A DNA stretch of 64,000 nucleotides from Eledone cirrhosa (taxonomy: Eukaryota): positions 7,998,001-8,062,000 of the forward strand of contig OZ024753.1 of NCBI GenBank assembly GCA_964016885.1, given 5' to 3'. How positions within the stretch are numbered: position 1 is the stretch's first letter; the number at the start of each line of letters is the position of its first letter. Below are positions 39,760-53,735 of the stretch, in pieces. The notes below the pieces were generated by a model, which had not been told where the DNA came from, did not search any database, and was given only the letters and a program-made list of their open reading frames with translations. A program made the translations under genes and the position numbers.

Positions 39760-40355
39760 CTCTCTTTCTCTCTTATCTCTCTCTCTCTTTCTCTCTTATC
39801 TCTCTCTTTCTCTCTTATCTCTCTCTTTCTCTCTTATCTCTCTCTTTCTCTTCTCTTCTCTCTTCCTCTTCTCTCTTCTCTCTTCCTCTTCTCTCCCAGT
39901 TTCTCTCTCTTCTTATCTTCTCTCCTTCTCTTCTCTCTCTCTTCTCTTCTCTTCTCTTTCTCTCCTCTTCTCTTTCTCTCCTCTCTCTCTTCTCTTCTCT
40001 TCTCTCTCTCTCTTCTCTTCCCTCTTCTCTTCTCTCTCTCTCTTCTCTCTGTTCTTTGCTCTCCCCTCTATCCCTCTCTCTCCCCTCTATCCCTATCTCT
40101 CACTCTGCCTTCTATCCCTTATCTCGCTCTTCCCTCTCCCCCTCCCCCACCCCTCTCTCTTCCCTCTCCCCCTCCCCCACCCCTCTCTCTTCCCTCTCCC
40201 CCTCCCCCACTGTATCCCTATCTCCCCACCTCCCCACCCGCTGTATCCTTATCTCTCTCCACTCTATCCCTATCTCTCTCCACTCTATCCCTATCTCTCT
40301 CTCTCTCTCCACTCTCCCTCTCTCTTTCCCATCCTCTATTCCTCTCACCCACTCT
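38915..40355. repeat. (CT)n-rich polypyrimidine tract, about 1.4 kb
   Basis: Seen directly. Confidence 0.95.
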
Positions 40356-40861
40356 CTATTTACTCATGTATAATTCATTAAATTTACAACATAAACTGGG
40401 TTAATTAATCAGTTGTTGATTCAGACTTGAAACACTTTATTTAATAGTGGCATTGAGAGTAAACTGTTTTGATGGAGGACAGGAGGCTAGGAGGATAGAC
40501 TGGAGGAGAGGAGGATAGGAGAGGAGGGCAGGAGGATAGACTGGAGGAGGGGCATGAGGTAGACTACTTAACATTCGTTGCAGGTTTATTATAGTACTTT
40601 TTCTTTTAGTATTATTGTTTTTACTCTTATTATTAATACTACAATTGTTGTCATCATAATCATCATCATCATAATCATCATCATTATCATTGTTATTATT
40701 ATCATTATTATTATTATTATTTTTACTATAAATATTATTACTACTATTGTTGTTTGCATCATCATCATCATCATCATACTTCTTCTTCTTCTCTTCTTCT
40801 CCTTCTTCTTCTGCTGCTCCTTGTTCTACTTCATCTTGTTGTTGTTGTTATTATTAAAAGA

Positions 40862-40995
40862 ATTCTGAGTTCAAATCCCGCCGAGGTTAAATTTGCCTTT
40901 CATCCTTACGGGGTCGATAAAATAAAGTACTAGTAATGTACTGGGTAAATGATGGCCTTATGCCAAAAGTAGAAACAATTATTATTATTATTATT
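40862..40995 (+). mobile_element. SINE family A, 5'-truncated
   Basis: B-box, central block and (ATT)n tail. Confidence 0.8.
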
Positions 40996-41033
40996 ATTGA
41001 CATTATATCATTTTTTTTTTGTTTCATTATTTT

Positions 41034-41065
<32 letters not shown>

Positions 41066-41554
41066 ATGTTGTTATTATTAGTTACAGTTGGTGGTGGTGG
41101 TGGTGTTATCACTATTACTATTATTGTGTTTCTGAGTGGTAACATGATATTTTAATGCACTTTTTGGCAATTTCTGGTCGAATTCATTTGATTATATATT
41201 TGTTGTTATTTCTTTTTATTTGTGTCTTATTTTTATTTTATTTCTGTGTTAAATAAGCAAATGGTGTTCTCTATTTAATGGAGTGTATTTTATATTTAAA
41301 TTTTGGATTCAACACTATAAGGCACCCCATTCCCCACCTTCTCTTCCACACCACCTTCTCTTACACATTGACTATTCTAACCTATTGTGTATTGGCCTTA
41401 TTAAGAACTCTCATAATATTCACTCACTACAAAAATTGCACATATTACCATCATGATGATGATGATGATGATCATCATCATCATCATGTCCACTTTTATG
41501 TCCATGTTGGTTTATGTTGGACTGCCATGGGTTGTATCATTATTTCTTGGGGGT

Positions 41555-41732
41555 AGATTGGCAGTATCGGTAGACGGTCGTACACCATGCTTTGCAGCAA
41601 AGAGGTTACTGGCCTGAGTTCAAATCCCGCTGAGGTTAACTTTGTCTTTCATCCTTACGGGGTTTATAAGATAAAGTACCAGTAATGCATTGGGGGTAAT
41701 TGCTGGCCTTGTGTCAAAAGTAAAAACAGTTA
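41555..41732 (+). mobile_element. SINE family A
   Basis: Consensus match. Confidence 0.8.
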
Positions 41733-43486
41733 TTTTAAATCTCACGGAAGTTAATTTTGCCTTTCATCCCCCAAAGATTGATAAAATAAAGCATTGGTCA
41801 AATACTGGATGTTCTTAGTGGAGCCAACTCTTTCGTAAGTAGTTGGGTCAGGTCTCTATTTTGAAGATACCTTTCTCTCCTTTTGACACTAGTCTTAGAG
41901 GCCCTGTAGAAAGATGAAAGCTACTGTATAATATTTAATTAACAATTTGTGGATATATATAGAACAGTATAGTTGACATGTCAATGAATAGATGAAAGAA
42001 TGAAGCAAAGTTATTAGTTACCGTTTTGGTTGCCTGGCAGAAGACACCTGGCGAAGGCCAGGCGCCGGAAAGGCAAATGAGAGATAGAGAACTTAAAGTT
42101 GTTAGTTTTATAGGGTTCTATTGGGGATGTGAGTGTCACAACAAGGGAGGCAACTCCTGCTACATCCCTTTCTGATAAAACGGTAAAAGAAAATCTTCAA
42201 AAGAAGGTAGAAATCTCTTTGACTGAAATGAAAATGTAATATCAGTGCCATGATATGAGCCTCTGACCTCAGTAATCTAGCAAGTCTGTCTGAAGCCCAG
42301 AGATTCATTACTTCAGTGCTTCTCCCTTACCACTAGGCCCTCCACATATATCAATTCTGCCATCTCAAATACTTTAATAGCTGCCTCAGTCCCACAGGTC
42401 CTATTTAGTAGAAATGGTTAGCTCTTATCCCACAATATCAGCAACAGCATGTTGAAAATGTTAAAAAAATATTGTGAATGATTTCAATCTATTCTCATTG
42501 AGATAACAAGAAATAGAAAATAGAGAAAAAGTAAACTGTTGCTGTAGTCTTTCTAATAATTAAATTCTGCATACCATTTCTTTGGTTTTTTTTTTTTTTT
42601 TTGGAATTGGTAGACAAAAATAGCCACATAAATAGCATTACTGACAACAGTTTCTTATTGAAATGATTGTTGAAGTAACCTATTGACTTTTTTTGTCTGA
42701 TAGTTAAATCATTCTTTCTATCTATGCTTGTTTTATTCTGTATTTTTATACATACTTACCATCACCTCTATGTATGAAAATATCTTATATAACAGCAGCA
42801 TAACTGTTTGAGAATGCATTTTTCAATGCTTGCAGGAGTTTTAGAACTGTTTATAGTATGGCATAACATTATTACGTCTCTAGATCTCATTTGTAAGGGC
42901 CAACAACATCAGATCGGATCTCATGAATTATTGTTGCAACTAAACAGATGATATCAACAATAGAAAAAATGAAAAAAAAACGGAAAAAAAAAACGGGGAA
43001 AAAAATGACCGAGACATAATTTTCTTTGTCTGATCTGATCTGACAATCAACTTCTTTCTATCTTTTTCTTTATCATATTGGTGTGAAATTGATGAGTTTG
43101 CGGTATGATGTATCATCACTTCTGTCAACTTGTCTGTGAATCCCAGCATATTAAGATATAATCTCAATGCTTCATTTTTGGTCTCTATTTGCCATAAAAA
43201 AAAGTATCTTCCAGCTTTCAGTACAATGTCAAAACACACATTTGTACCACTTTACCATTTTCAACTCACCTCCATTCTATATAAATATTATTTTTATTGC
43301 AAATATACATCATTTCACCAGCTTTATTAGTCAACATTTACTAACTTATTTGATTATTTGCTATATCTATTTGTTATAAATCTTCATTGTGTAATTATCA
43401 TGTTGATTTAAGCTGAATGTGTCTGGTATATAAGATGTAGCACATCTCTTTCTACACTTCAACACTTTGTCATCTGTAAAACTTAA

Positions 43487-43501
43487 CCCTTTAGTATTTA
43501 C

Positions 43502-43563
<62 letters not shown>

Positions 43564-43570
43564 AAACCTG

Positions 43571-43605
<35 letters not shown>

Positions 43606-43867
43606 GATATTAATAAATGGAAACTATATTTATAAAACCATATTTATTTCATTATACATATTTCAGGGATACCAAATTAAATTATGGTATGCCTTCATCA
43701 GACAAAATACAATATATAACAGTTTTACAAATTATATTTATTTCATGAAATAAATATGGGTTTCCATTTATTAATATTGTATATCTACTCCAAATACTTG
43801 TCGAGTGCTTTATATCAGTTATAAAAATATTTACTTGTTGTATCCCAACAATTTTAAATAGAACTTT

Positions 43868-43942
<75 letters not shown>

Positions 43943-44132
43943 TATTGTATTTTTGTGGTAAAGACTTTATCTCACATAATTATCTTACATAATATCGAAT
44001 CTATGAGATTTCTATGTTATTTATTTTGAGAACAATTCCTTAACGTCAGTATGAGTGACTGGTTAAAACCAGTTTGAACAGAAAGCGGTGAGAGAATTCT
44101 GGCCAGATATGGCCGGCTTAAATGCTAAATGG
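43487..44132 (+). mobile_element. piggyBac-like MITE interrupted by (TC)n, (TA)n and an H1 element
   Basis: TTAA|CCCTTTAGTATTT (TTAA 43483-86) ... AAATGCTAAATGG|TTAA (44133-36). The MITE body resumes at ~43941. Confidence 0.78.
43645..43709 (-). ncRNA. type I hammerhead ribozyme motif, family H1 (element 43605-43870, partly inverted)
   Basis: Minus strand: TATTTTGT-CTGATGA-[AGGCATACCA TAATTTAATT TGGTATCCCT]-GAAA-TATGTA-TA^ATGAAATA. Confidence 0.78.
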
Positions 44133-44240
44133 TTAAAGCTCTCAGAGCTAATTAAATTTCTTCTTTCCTAGTCTTCCTGGGTTTTTCATCCTCTCACTAC
44201 ATATACTTTTCAGTTAATTACTACAACAAACACCTATTTA

Positions 44241-44410
44241 TTTATAAGTTGAGTTCATTTATAAGTTGAGTTCATTTATAAGTTGAGTTCATTTATAAGT
44301 TGAGTTCATTTATAAGTTGAGTTCATTTATAAGTTGAGCTCATTTATATGTTGAGTTCATTTATAAGTTGAGTTCATTTATAAGTTGAGCTCATTTATAA
44401 GTTGAGTTCA
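44241..44410. repeat. 17-bp minisatellite (~10 copies)
   Basis: Unit TTTATAAGTTGAGTTCA. Confidence 0.93.
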
Positions 44411-44549
44411 TGCCATATTTTGTTGGAGCAGGTAACAGTAAATTTGATCAATACTAGAATATTATTGTGACTTTTTTATTGACCCAAGCAAAGCGAATGA
44501 CATAATCAACCAGGATGGTAAGTTAAATCCAAAATGTTAATTAATAAGA

Positions 44550-45030
44550 CCTCATCATCATCCGGTGGCCTCAGCCGAAATCGACTCAACAATTGATCTC
44601 CACGTGGGTCTGTTGTTCATTACCGTTGCCAAATCCTGGATTTCAATACCAGAATCTCTGGAGATGACATCGGGGTAGGAGAGCTTGTGCCTCATGTTAT
44701 CAGTGACTGCTTGTAGTTTCCAAAGCACTAATGGGGACACAGCCTGATAGGTGGCACGATGGCAGTGGTCAGCAAATCGGGATAGGAGAGCTTGCGCCCA
44801 CTGTTATTAGTGACTGCTTGTGGTTTCCAAAGCACTAACGGCGACACAGCCTGATAGGTGGCACGATGGCAGTGGTCAGCAAATCGGGATAGGAGAGCTT
44901 GCGCCCACTGTTATTAGTGACTGCTTGTGGTTTCCAAAGCACTAACGGCGACACAGCCTGATAGGTGGCACGATGGCAGTGGCCAGCAAATCTTACTCTC
45001 CTTTTATGTATGATGAAATATGCATGGGAG
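44550..45030 (-). mobile_element. RTE-like LINE 3' fragment with a 107-bp internal triplication
   Basis: Minus-strand frames give IIHKRRVRFAGHCHRA...LVLWKP and LSYPDVISRDSGI...MNNRPTWRSIV*, followed by TGATGA. TGACTGCTTG recurs at 44704, 44811 and 44918. Confidence 0.8.
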
Positions 45031-45162
45031 GCCGACATATATCTCTCTCAAAGTCAGATGTTGCCACCTTATGTTTTACATGCGAATAAGACCTAATACA
45101 GCTCAAAATCTAACAAGTGGTTTACTATGTCTTCAAACTCAATCCACCTCATCTAAATTTAA

Positions 45163-45435
45163 CTCTTTAGCATTTAAACCAGCCATATCCAGCCGGAATT
45201 ATTTCACCTCTCTCTGTTCAAACTAGCCATAACTGGTCAGACGTTCTGATGTTATGGGATTGTTCTCAAAGTAAACAACATAAAAATCTCATAGATTCGA
45301 TATTATGTGAGATAATTATTGTTTCTACTTTTGGCACAAGGCCAGCAATTACCCCCAGTGTATTACTGGTACTTTATTTTATCGACCCCTTAAGGATAAT
45401 TATGCGAGGTAAGCCTTTACTGCAAAAATACTAAA

Positions 45436-45475
<40 letters not shown>

Positions 45476-45857
45476 GTCTATATATCATCATTCATCATCA
45501 TCATCATTTTACGTCCGCTTTTTCCCTGCTTGCAAGGGTGGGACGGGAACTGATTCTGGCTTGATTTCTACAGCTGGATGCTCTTCCTAACACCAACCTC
45601 ATTTACAGTGAGTGCTGGGTGCTTTTTTGCCGTGGCACCTCCACGACCACTTTGCAGTGGAATGATAGGGACCCCTGTCCCTATCATCTCATTTCTACAA
45701 CTGAGGAAACTGGAGCAATGTGAAATAAAGTGTCTTGCTCAAGGAAACAACACATCACCTGGTCTGAGAATTGAACTCACAACCTTTCGATTGCAAGGCC
45801 AATGCTCTAACCACTAAGCCATGTGCCTCCATATAGAGTAATATAAATGCTAAAGGG
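45163..45857 (-). mobile_element. piggyBac-like MITE carrying two nested SINE insertions
   Basis: TTAA|CTCTTTAGCATTT ... AAATGCTAAAGGG. SINE A fragment at 45320-45394 and SINE B at 45485-45830 lie inside. Confidence 0.78.
45485..45830 (-). mobile_element. SINE family B, full length, tail 1
   Basis: Nearly identical to 10876-11228. Confidence 0.88.
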
Positions 45858-46159
45858 TTTAAAGATTGTCTCATCTGTTATGGTTTTCTCTCTTCACATT
45901 TCTATTGCAATGGTGTACACGACCAAACCAAACCAATATCAAAATAAATGACAAAATAAATTAAAATAAATAAATAAATAAACATGAAATAAATTTCTAA
46001 TTTTCTTTTTCTTTTATTTCAGGTATGTATGGATTTGCATCATCCAAGCTTCTTAGGGTGGTAATGTTAACTCTTTCTCATTATTCTTCAAGTTCTCAGA
46101 ATTTTTAATTAAAATTAAGAAATTATACTTTGCACCACAGAATAATTTATTTTAGTTTA

Positions 46160-46200
46160 TATATATATATATGTATGTGTATATATATATGTATGTATAT

Positions 46201-46232
<32 letters not shown>

Positions 46233-46397
46233 GTATATATGTATATATATATGTATGTATATGTGTATATATATATATGTATATATATGTGTATATATGT
46301 GTATATATATGTATATATATATTATGTGTATATGTATGTATATATATATGTATGTATATATATATGTATATATATATGTATGTATATGTATATATAT

Positions 46398-46428
<31 letters not shown>

Positions 46429-46508
46429 TGTATATATGTATATGTATGTATGTATATATGTATATGTATGTATGTATATATGTATATATATGTATGTATG
46501 TATGTATG

Positions 46509-46543
<35 letters not shown>

Positions 46544-47394
46544 GTATGTATGTATATATCTATATATATATATGTATATATGTATGTATGTATATATCTA
46601 TATATATATATGTATGTATGTATATATGTATATATATGTATGTATGTATATATATATGTATGTATATATATATGAATGTATGTATATATATATGTATATA
46701 TATGTGTATGTATATATGTGTATGTATATATATGTGTATGTATATATGTGTGTGTATATATATGTGTATGTATATATATGTGTATGTATGTATATATATA
46801 TGTATATATATATGTATATATGTATATATATGTATATATATATATGTATATATATATATATGTATGTATGTATATATATATATATATGTATGTATATATA
46901 TATATGTATGTATATATATAAATATATGTATATATATATGTATATATATATGTATGTATATATATATGTATGTATATATATATGTATGTATATATGTATG
47001 TATATATATATGTATGTATATATATATGTATATATGTATGTATATATATATGTATGTATATATATATGTATATATATATGTATGTATGTATATAAATATA
47101 TATGTATATTTATATATATGTATATATGTATGTATATAAATATATATGTATATTTATATATATGTATATATGTATGTATATAAATATATATGTATATTTA
47201 TATATATGTATATATGTATGTATATAAATATATATGTATATATATATGTATATATATATGTATGTATATAAATATATATGTATAAATATATATGTATATA
47301 TATATGTATGTATATAAATATATATGTATATATATATGTATGTATATATGCATATATATATATGTATATGTATATATATATATGTTTGTATACA

Positions 47395-47465
<71 letters not shown>
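46160..47465. repeat. (TA)n/(TATG)n microsatellite
   Basis: Seen directly. Confidence 0.97.
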
Positions 47466-47470
<5 letters not shown>

Positions 47471-48537
47471 GCTCTTACTTTCCTGTTCGTTTATTAATTC
47501 ACGTGCATTTATTATATTTTGACTATTAGTATAGTACTCTTTTGATTAAACATTCCACTTAATTAGCAAAGTTGGTTTGCTAAAGTGCTTGCTTCTTAGC
47601 TTTATTACATGAAATTAATCCAAATTGATTGCATTTTATCATTAAATTTAATATTATTTTTTTAATGTATTATTTTTATTTATTTGTTAAAACTTCTAAT
47701 TTACTAAACTTAAACTGTGGGTATTAATTTAGGAATTTTATTCTGAATCAAACGTTTTTCTTTTTATAATTCAGTTAAAATTTTTCTAAAGATGGTTCAC
47801 GAATTATCTCTAATTTGTGCAGTTAGTTTTCTGCTCAAACCATAAAATCTTAAATCTTGGATTGAATGCTACATTTTGACATAGAAATAAAATAACATAT
47901 ATCCATGTAATGGTAAATATTTTCTTTGTCAAATATTATATAAAATCTGTTTCATAAGACATTATGTGCTCCCTTTCCCATTGGCTTCCCACCCCTACCT
48001 CACCCTCTTACAGATTTCTACCTTATTATCTCTAATACATGAACACATGTAGATTCTTAAGCTTGCAATAAATTATAAGCACGACATAAGTTACCTGCCT
48101 TCTCCTCTCAACTTAAAAATAGAGGCTCCCTTTCTTTTTCATTCCACTCCTTTACCACTCCTACATATGTGTGATGGACAGACAGACGGGGAAACAGCTC
48201 ATTTTATAATATAGATCTTCCATTTTTTTTCATAAATTCATTATTATGGCTTTTATATTCATTTTTAGATATCAGACTAGTTCGGTTGATTTTGTAAATT
48301 TGTAAAGTTGAAGAAAAGTAAATTTTGTTACAATTGTTTACTAATTCTACGAAGTAAACAATATCCTCACCCTCACAAAAAAAAAAATATATACTTGTGC
48401 ATGGTTGCTTGTTTTGTTAAAGGTAGCAGCAAAATCTCCCTCAGATTGTAACTTACCAAATTAAAAATGACTGCATAAAGTTCCTCAGCTTGGAAATAAG
48501 GCTTATATCATATGGGAAAGGGAAATTATTTTCTTTT

Positions 48538-48732
48538 GCTGCTGCTGCTGCTGCTACTACTACTACCACCACCATCACCACCACAATCACCACTACTACT
48601 ACTACTACTATTACTATTACTACTACTACTACTAATACCACCCCACCACCACCAACACTACTACTACCCCACCATCACCAACACTACTATTACTACTACT
48701 ACCCCCCCCCCCCCACCACCACTACTACTACT
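48538..48732. repeat. (GCT)n/(ACT)n/(ACC)n trinucleotide tract
   Basis: Seen directly. Confidence 0.85.
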
Positions 48733-49054
48733 GTGGCAGTCCATCTAACATGTGTGCTTGTTTAAAAATCTGGACTCTATGATAGTATGGGGTGGGTGTG
48801 TATCAGTGGTTTTCACTGCTGTGCACACCCACACACCCACACACATTCACACACACACACACCCTCTCACACCTACACACATTCACACACACACACCCTC
48901 TCACACCCACATCCTCTCTGTCACACACAGACACACTAAACAAATCTGATAAGTTGTTAATATTACTTGTGCTACCTGATATATAGTGATAAATAAATAA
49001 AGAACAATACGAAAATATTTAACTGATCCCCATTCAAATTACTTATAAAGGACT

Positions 49055-49087
49055 GTATATATATATATATATATGTGAGTGTGTGTT

Positions 49088-49123
<36 letters not shown>

Positions 49124-49295
49124 AGTGTATGTATATATATATATATATATATATATGCGAGTGTATGTATATATATATATGAGTGTGTGTTTATGTATAT
49201 ATATATGTTTGTGAGTGTATGTATATATATATGTGTGTTTGTGTATATATATGTCTGTGTGTATGTATATATATGTGTGTGTGTATGTATATATA

Positions 49296-49328
<33 letters not shown>

Positions 49329-49474
49329 GTGTGTGTGTGTATGTATATATGTGTGTGAGTGTATGTATATATATGTGTGTGAGTGTGTGTGTATATATAT
49401 AGGTGTGCATGTGTATATATATATATATATATGTGTGTGTATGTATATATATATGTGTTTACATATATAAATGC

Positions 49475-49514
<40 letters not shown>

Positions 49515-49540
49515 TTGTGTGTGTATGTATATACATACAT

Positions 49541-49591
<51 letters not shown>

Positions 49592-49610
49592 ATACACACA
49601 CACACACATG
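49055..49610. repeat. (TA)n/(TG)n microsatellite
   Basis: Seen directly. Confidence 0.95.
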
Positions 49611-51098
49611 CATACCCACAGACTCACACCCAAGTACATGCTTTCAAGCAATATATTCCATAAAACCTAGTTTATCTGAATGAAGTGTTCTGAAAAATCC
49701 TCAGCTACTCAATCTAGCCATTTATTTAGTTGAAAGAGCCTGAGTGCAGGCCTGCTTCTATTCTATGCTATATCTAAAATGTGTGGCAGCAGAGATGTTT
49801 GTATAAGCAAACTTGACAGCTGGATGGTTGCTAGGAGGGTCTGTTTAAGTGCTGGTCTTTCTCCTGCCAAGCTAAAGAATTCTAATGAGATGCAAAAACA
49901 TTTAATGGCAAATGCCGTTCTACATAAACACTGTATTTTTAAGTGGAAGGCATAAAGGTGGCTATATTGTTAGTTTACTCTGAGGCTAAGAAGTACTTAA
50001 CTTATTTGATATCAACCCACTCAAAACCTCTCTGTCTTTCTATATATATATATATAAAAAAAAAGAAGAAAAGCTGCCCATTTTAGAGGCTTTTAAAAAA
50101 AATTTATATTAAAACATATTCAAGTATGTTTTGAACCAGCAAGGGAGTTCGAAATTAGAAATAGAAGCTTTCGCCATATTTTTGACAAAAGAAATTGTAG
50201 CCTGATAGTAGGGTTTAGAACCCTCTAAGAAACGGAGAAATTTGGTGATGGGTACTTCTAATAAGATGCTCTAGAAGATATTTCTGAGGTCTCTTCCCCA
50301 ACGACCCTCCTAGAAATAAGTGGACGTTAGGAAGAAATTAAAATTTTACTAATTATACTAATTATCTCATTAGAATACTAATGAAAACCTGGAATGAAGG
50401 TATATAATGTAGTTGTTTGGCTGTTGGACTCACAAATATGAGGTTGTAGGTTTGATTCTGAGAATTAGTGGCACTTGTTCTTGAGCAAGACACTTTATCT
50501 GAACTTGCTTTTCATGACAGGACTGCAAGCAGGGAAGAGCGGACATAAAATGATGATGATGATGACTGGGGGCTCTTATCATTAAAATACCCCAGATGCC
50601 TCATATGAGATTCAGCTTTGTATAGTGGGAGGCCAGCTAAACCTGAATAAGTTTGAGCTGTAAATTTTATATTATTTCAATTAACATCTGGACATCTGGC
50701 AAAGTTCTCATTTCATCCATACAATCATTATTGTCTATTATCTGGAAGATAATTAATTATACCAAAAATAACTAGCTTGGATCATCAATATTTTGATCAT
50801 TATCATCCATGTCATTCATTGTCATAAAACTTGTAGAAATCGCTAAAAACGTACAAAATATAGAAAAGAGTTGGCAGGAAACTTCAGTAAACAATGTCTG
50901 CTAACTGTAAAATGTGATCCCCAATATTATGAGCGGGTTTGAAGGTCATTAACATATCAACAAATGTGGTAGATGTTTAGGCGAATGTATTGGCTGTGGA
51001 GTCTGTTATTGGCTGTTATCAAGGCTGATGTATCAGCATTGGAGTGTTAGAAGGGTTAAAAGCCAACAATAATAATTTCCGATTTGAATATATTACCT

Positions 51099-51104
<6 letters not shown>

Positions 51105-51165
<61 letters not shown>

Positions 51166-51166
51166 C

Positions 51167-51197
<31 letters not shown>

Positions 51198-51224
51198 CAT
51201 ACATATATACATATATGTATATAC

Positions 51225-51297
<73 letters not shown>

Positions 51298-51318
51298 TAT
51301 ATATATATATATATATGT
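51105..51318. repeat. (TA)n/(CA)n microsatellite
   Basis: Seen directly. Confidence 0.95.
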
Positions 51319-51711
51319 ATTTATTTATTTTCTCAAATGATGATGGTAATATTTAAAATAATAGAAATAGAAAAATAACATTTATTGAAAAAAATTAAAA
51401 GAAAAAATTCCAGTATTTATGATATGAATAATAATAATAATAATGATGATGATGGAAATGATGGATGGCTATTTGAAATACACCCTGACCAACCAAAGCA
51501 GCTGTTATGAAATATCATCAATGCATATAAATAATTTTAAAAAAATGGTTTTTTTTTATTGAATGCTTCCCTACTCTTTCTATTTGTAGATGTGTTTGGC
51601 AGGCAAATAAGCCATCCTGGAGTTTTTATTTTCATGTTTGCTGTTGAAGTTTCAACAGTCAAACAATCAAAGTTGTATGGTCACTGAGGCCAAACCCACA
51701 ACAAATATTAG

Positions 51712-51758
<47 letters not shown>

Positions 51759-52563
51759 TTTTTTAATGATAATAATAATAATAATAATAGTAATAATAAG
51801 AAAAAAGAAGTAAATATTTTAAAACCAATATTGAGTCATATTCACTAAGGGTTGTTTTGGATAATTTATTTAAAATTCCGCTTAAATCAACATATGGGCA
51901 ACAGGTCATATGTGTTCACATAACACATAGTTTCAGCCATATTTCCTCTTCAGAACAACATTTAAATATGAAATTAAAAAGCTATTCTGTATGCCACAGC
52001 AATCAGAAATGTTTCATATAAATCCATATATGAAAATAAAACAATTATAAAAATATATTAATAATAATAAAAATAATGGTTTCCTTTATTATTATTATTA
52101 TTATTATATTTTTATATTTGTTTTAAAAGTATAATAATAATAATAATAATAATAATAATGTTTTTTTTTTCAAATGAAGTTCTTGATGAATGGTATTTAA
52201 TATTATTTCTAGAATATTTATTATCTTTGTGATATTTGTCTTTATGAATTAATTGACCATGTGACATTTGTTGTGTGATTGTTAACTCAACCATGTTTAT
52301 TTTTTGACAAACCTGATATAAAATGAAAAAGAAATATGAAACAATTAACACATAATTAATATACATTGAAAATTACAATAAAAAGAGGAAGCAGTTGTTT
52401 TTCTAGAGAGGTCAAGGGGTCATGTTTTTTATAAAGATTGGCAAAATTGTTATAGCGCCTGTCAAAATGCTTGGCTGTATTTACTTATAGCGCTTTACAT
52501 TCTGAGTTCAAATCCCACCAAAGTCAACTTTACTTTACATTCTTTTAAAGTTGATGAAGAATC

Positions 52564-53160
52564 AGTTTAAAACTAGAGTCAATTATTTATCTATATAGCT
52601 ATCTCAATTCTTTTTTGGTTTTCTGGCTCTGCTTCTGCTTCTGGAAGAAATCAGCTGTGTCCAATCTTCTCAGGTTCTTGGCACAATTGCTCTGCTTCTG
52701 AAAGAAATCAGCTGTGTCCCATCTTCCCATCTTCGTAGTACAAATGCTCTGTGTCTAGAATAGATCAGCTGTGTCCCATCTTCTCAGGTTCTCAGAAGCA
52801 GAACCAGAAAACCAAAAAAGAATTGAGATAGCGATATAGAGAATTAATTGATTCTAGTTTTAAACTGCGTCTGGAATAAATCAGCCGTGTTCCCTCTTCT
52901 CTGGTTCTTAGTACAATTGCTCTGTGTCTAGAATAGATCAGCTGTGTCCCATCTTCTCAGGTTCTTGGCACAATTGCTCTGCGTCTGGAATAAATCAGCC
53001 GTGTTCCCTCTTCTCAGGTTCTTAGTACAATTGCTCTGTGTCTAGAATAGATCAGCTGTGTCCCATCTTCTCAGGTTCTTGGCACAATTGCTCTGCGTCT
53101 GGAATAAATCAGCCGTGTTCCCTCTTCTCTGGTTCTCTTGCTCTTTTTCTGGAAGAAACC
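52564..53160. repeat. 57-bp tandem repeat with alternating variants, interrupted by an ~75-bp inverted duplication
   Basis: TCAGGTTCTT recurs at 52957, 53014 and 53071. Segment 52564-52640 is the reverse complement of ~52793-52867. Confidence 0.8.
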
Positions 53161-53577
53161 AGATGTGTTCTGATCTGGAGAGGAATGGACTTTGTCAGGT
53201 TTAAATGTCAAATATTTTGATAAAGAAAGGAGAAAAAGATGGTAGGCAATTGACAGAATCATAAAACTATCAGACAAGATATTTGTGATACTAATTTCGG
53301 CCTCTAATGTCCTCTAGTTGAAATCCTTCCACAGTCAACTTTGCCTTTCAGCTTTCTGGGATCTATAAAATAAAGTTCCAGTCAATTAGTGTGAATGAAT
53401 TGTATACCTGTGCATATCGTATTAGTTTTTACCACAGGTACTTAGTTAATTAGCACTAATGGTTTGAAAAGCAGAGTTGACTCTTGTGGAATATGAACCA
53501 GAATCGTAGACAGCTGGAACTGAATATTGTGAGGCATTTAAACCAATGCACTATTGTTTCTGTCAGTCAGCCACTGC

Positions 53578-53735
53578 AATAATTACCCCAGTGTATTACT
53601 AGTACTTTATTTTATCGACCCCATAAGGATAAAAGGTAAAGTTAACCTCGGTGGGATTTGAACTCAGATCTTAAAGGGTGTAACTCTGTGCTACAAAGCA
53701 TGGTGTCCGATCCTCTACCGATACTGCCAATATAC
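53578..53735 (-). mobile_element. SINE family A
   Basis: Reverse complement of the consensus. Confidence 0.8.

Noticed and set aside
38733-40404. S/L-rich ORFs up to 546 aa
   Set aside because: (CT)n tract open in all three frames.
42108-43239. Minus-strand open frames (TCGTEAAIKVFEMAE...; EALRLYLNMLGFTDKL...)
   Set aside because: No recognisable family and weak splice support; insufficient to call.
47960-48216. Possible Helentron/DINE-like end (GACAGACAGACG...TTTTATAATATAGAT)
   Set aside because: Only one terminus-like motif and no second copy in the window.
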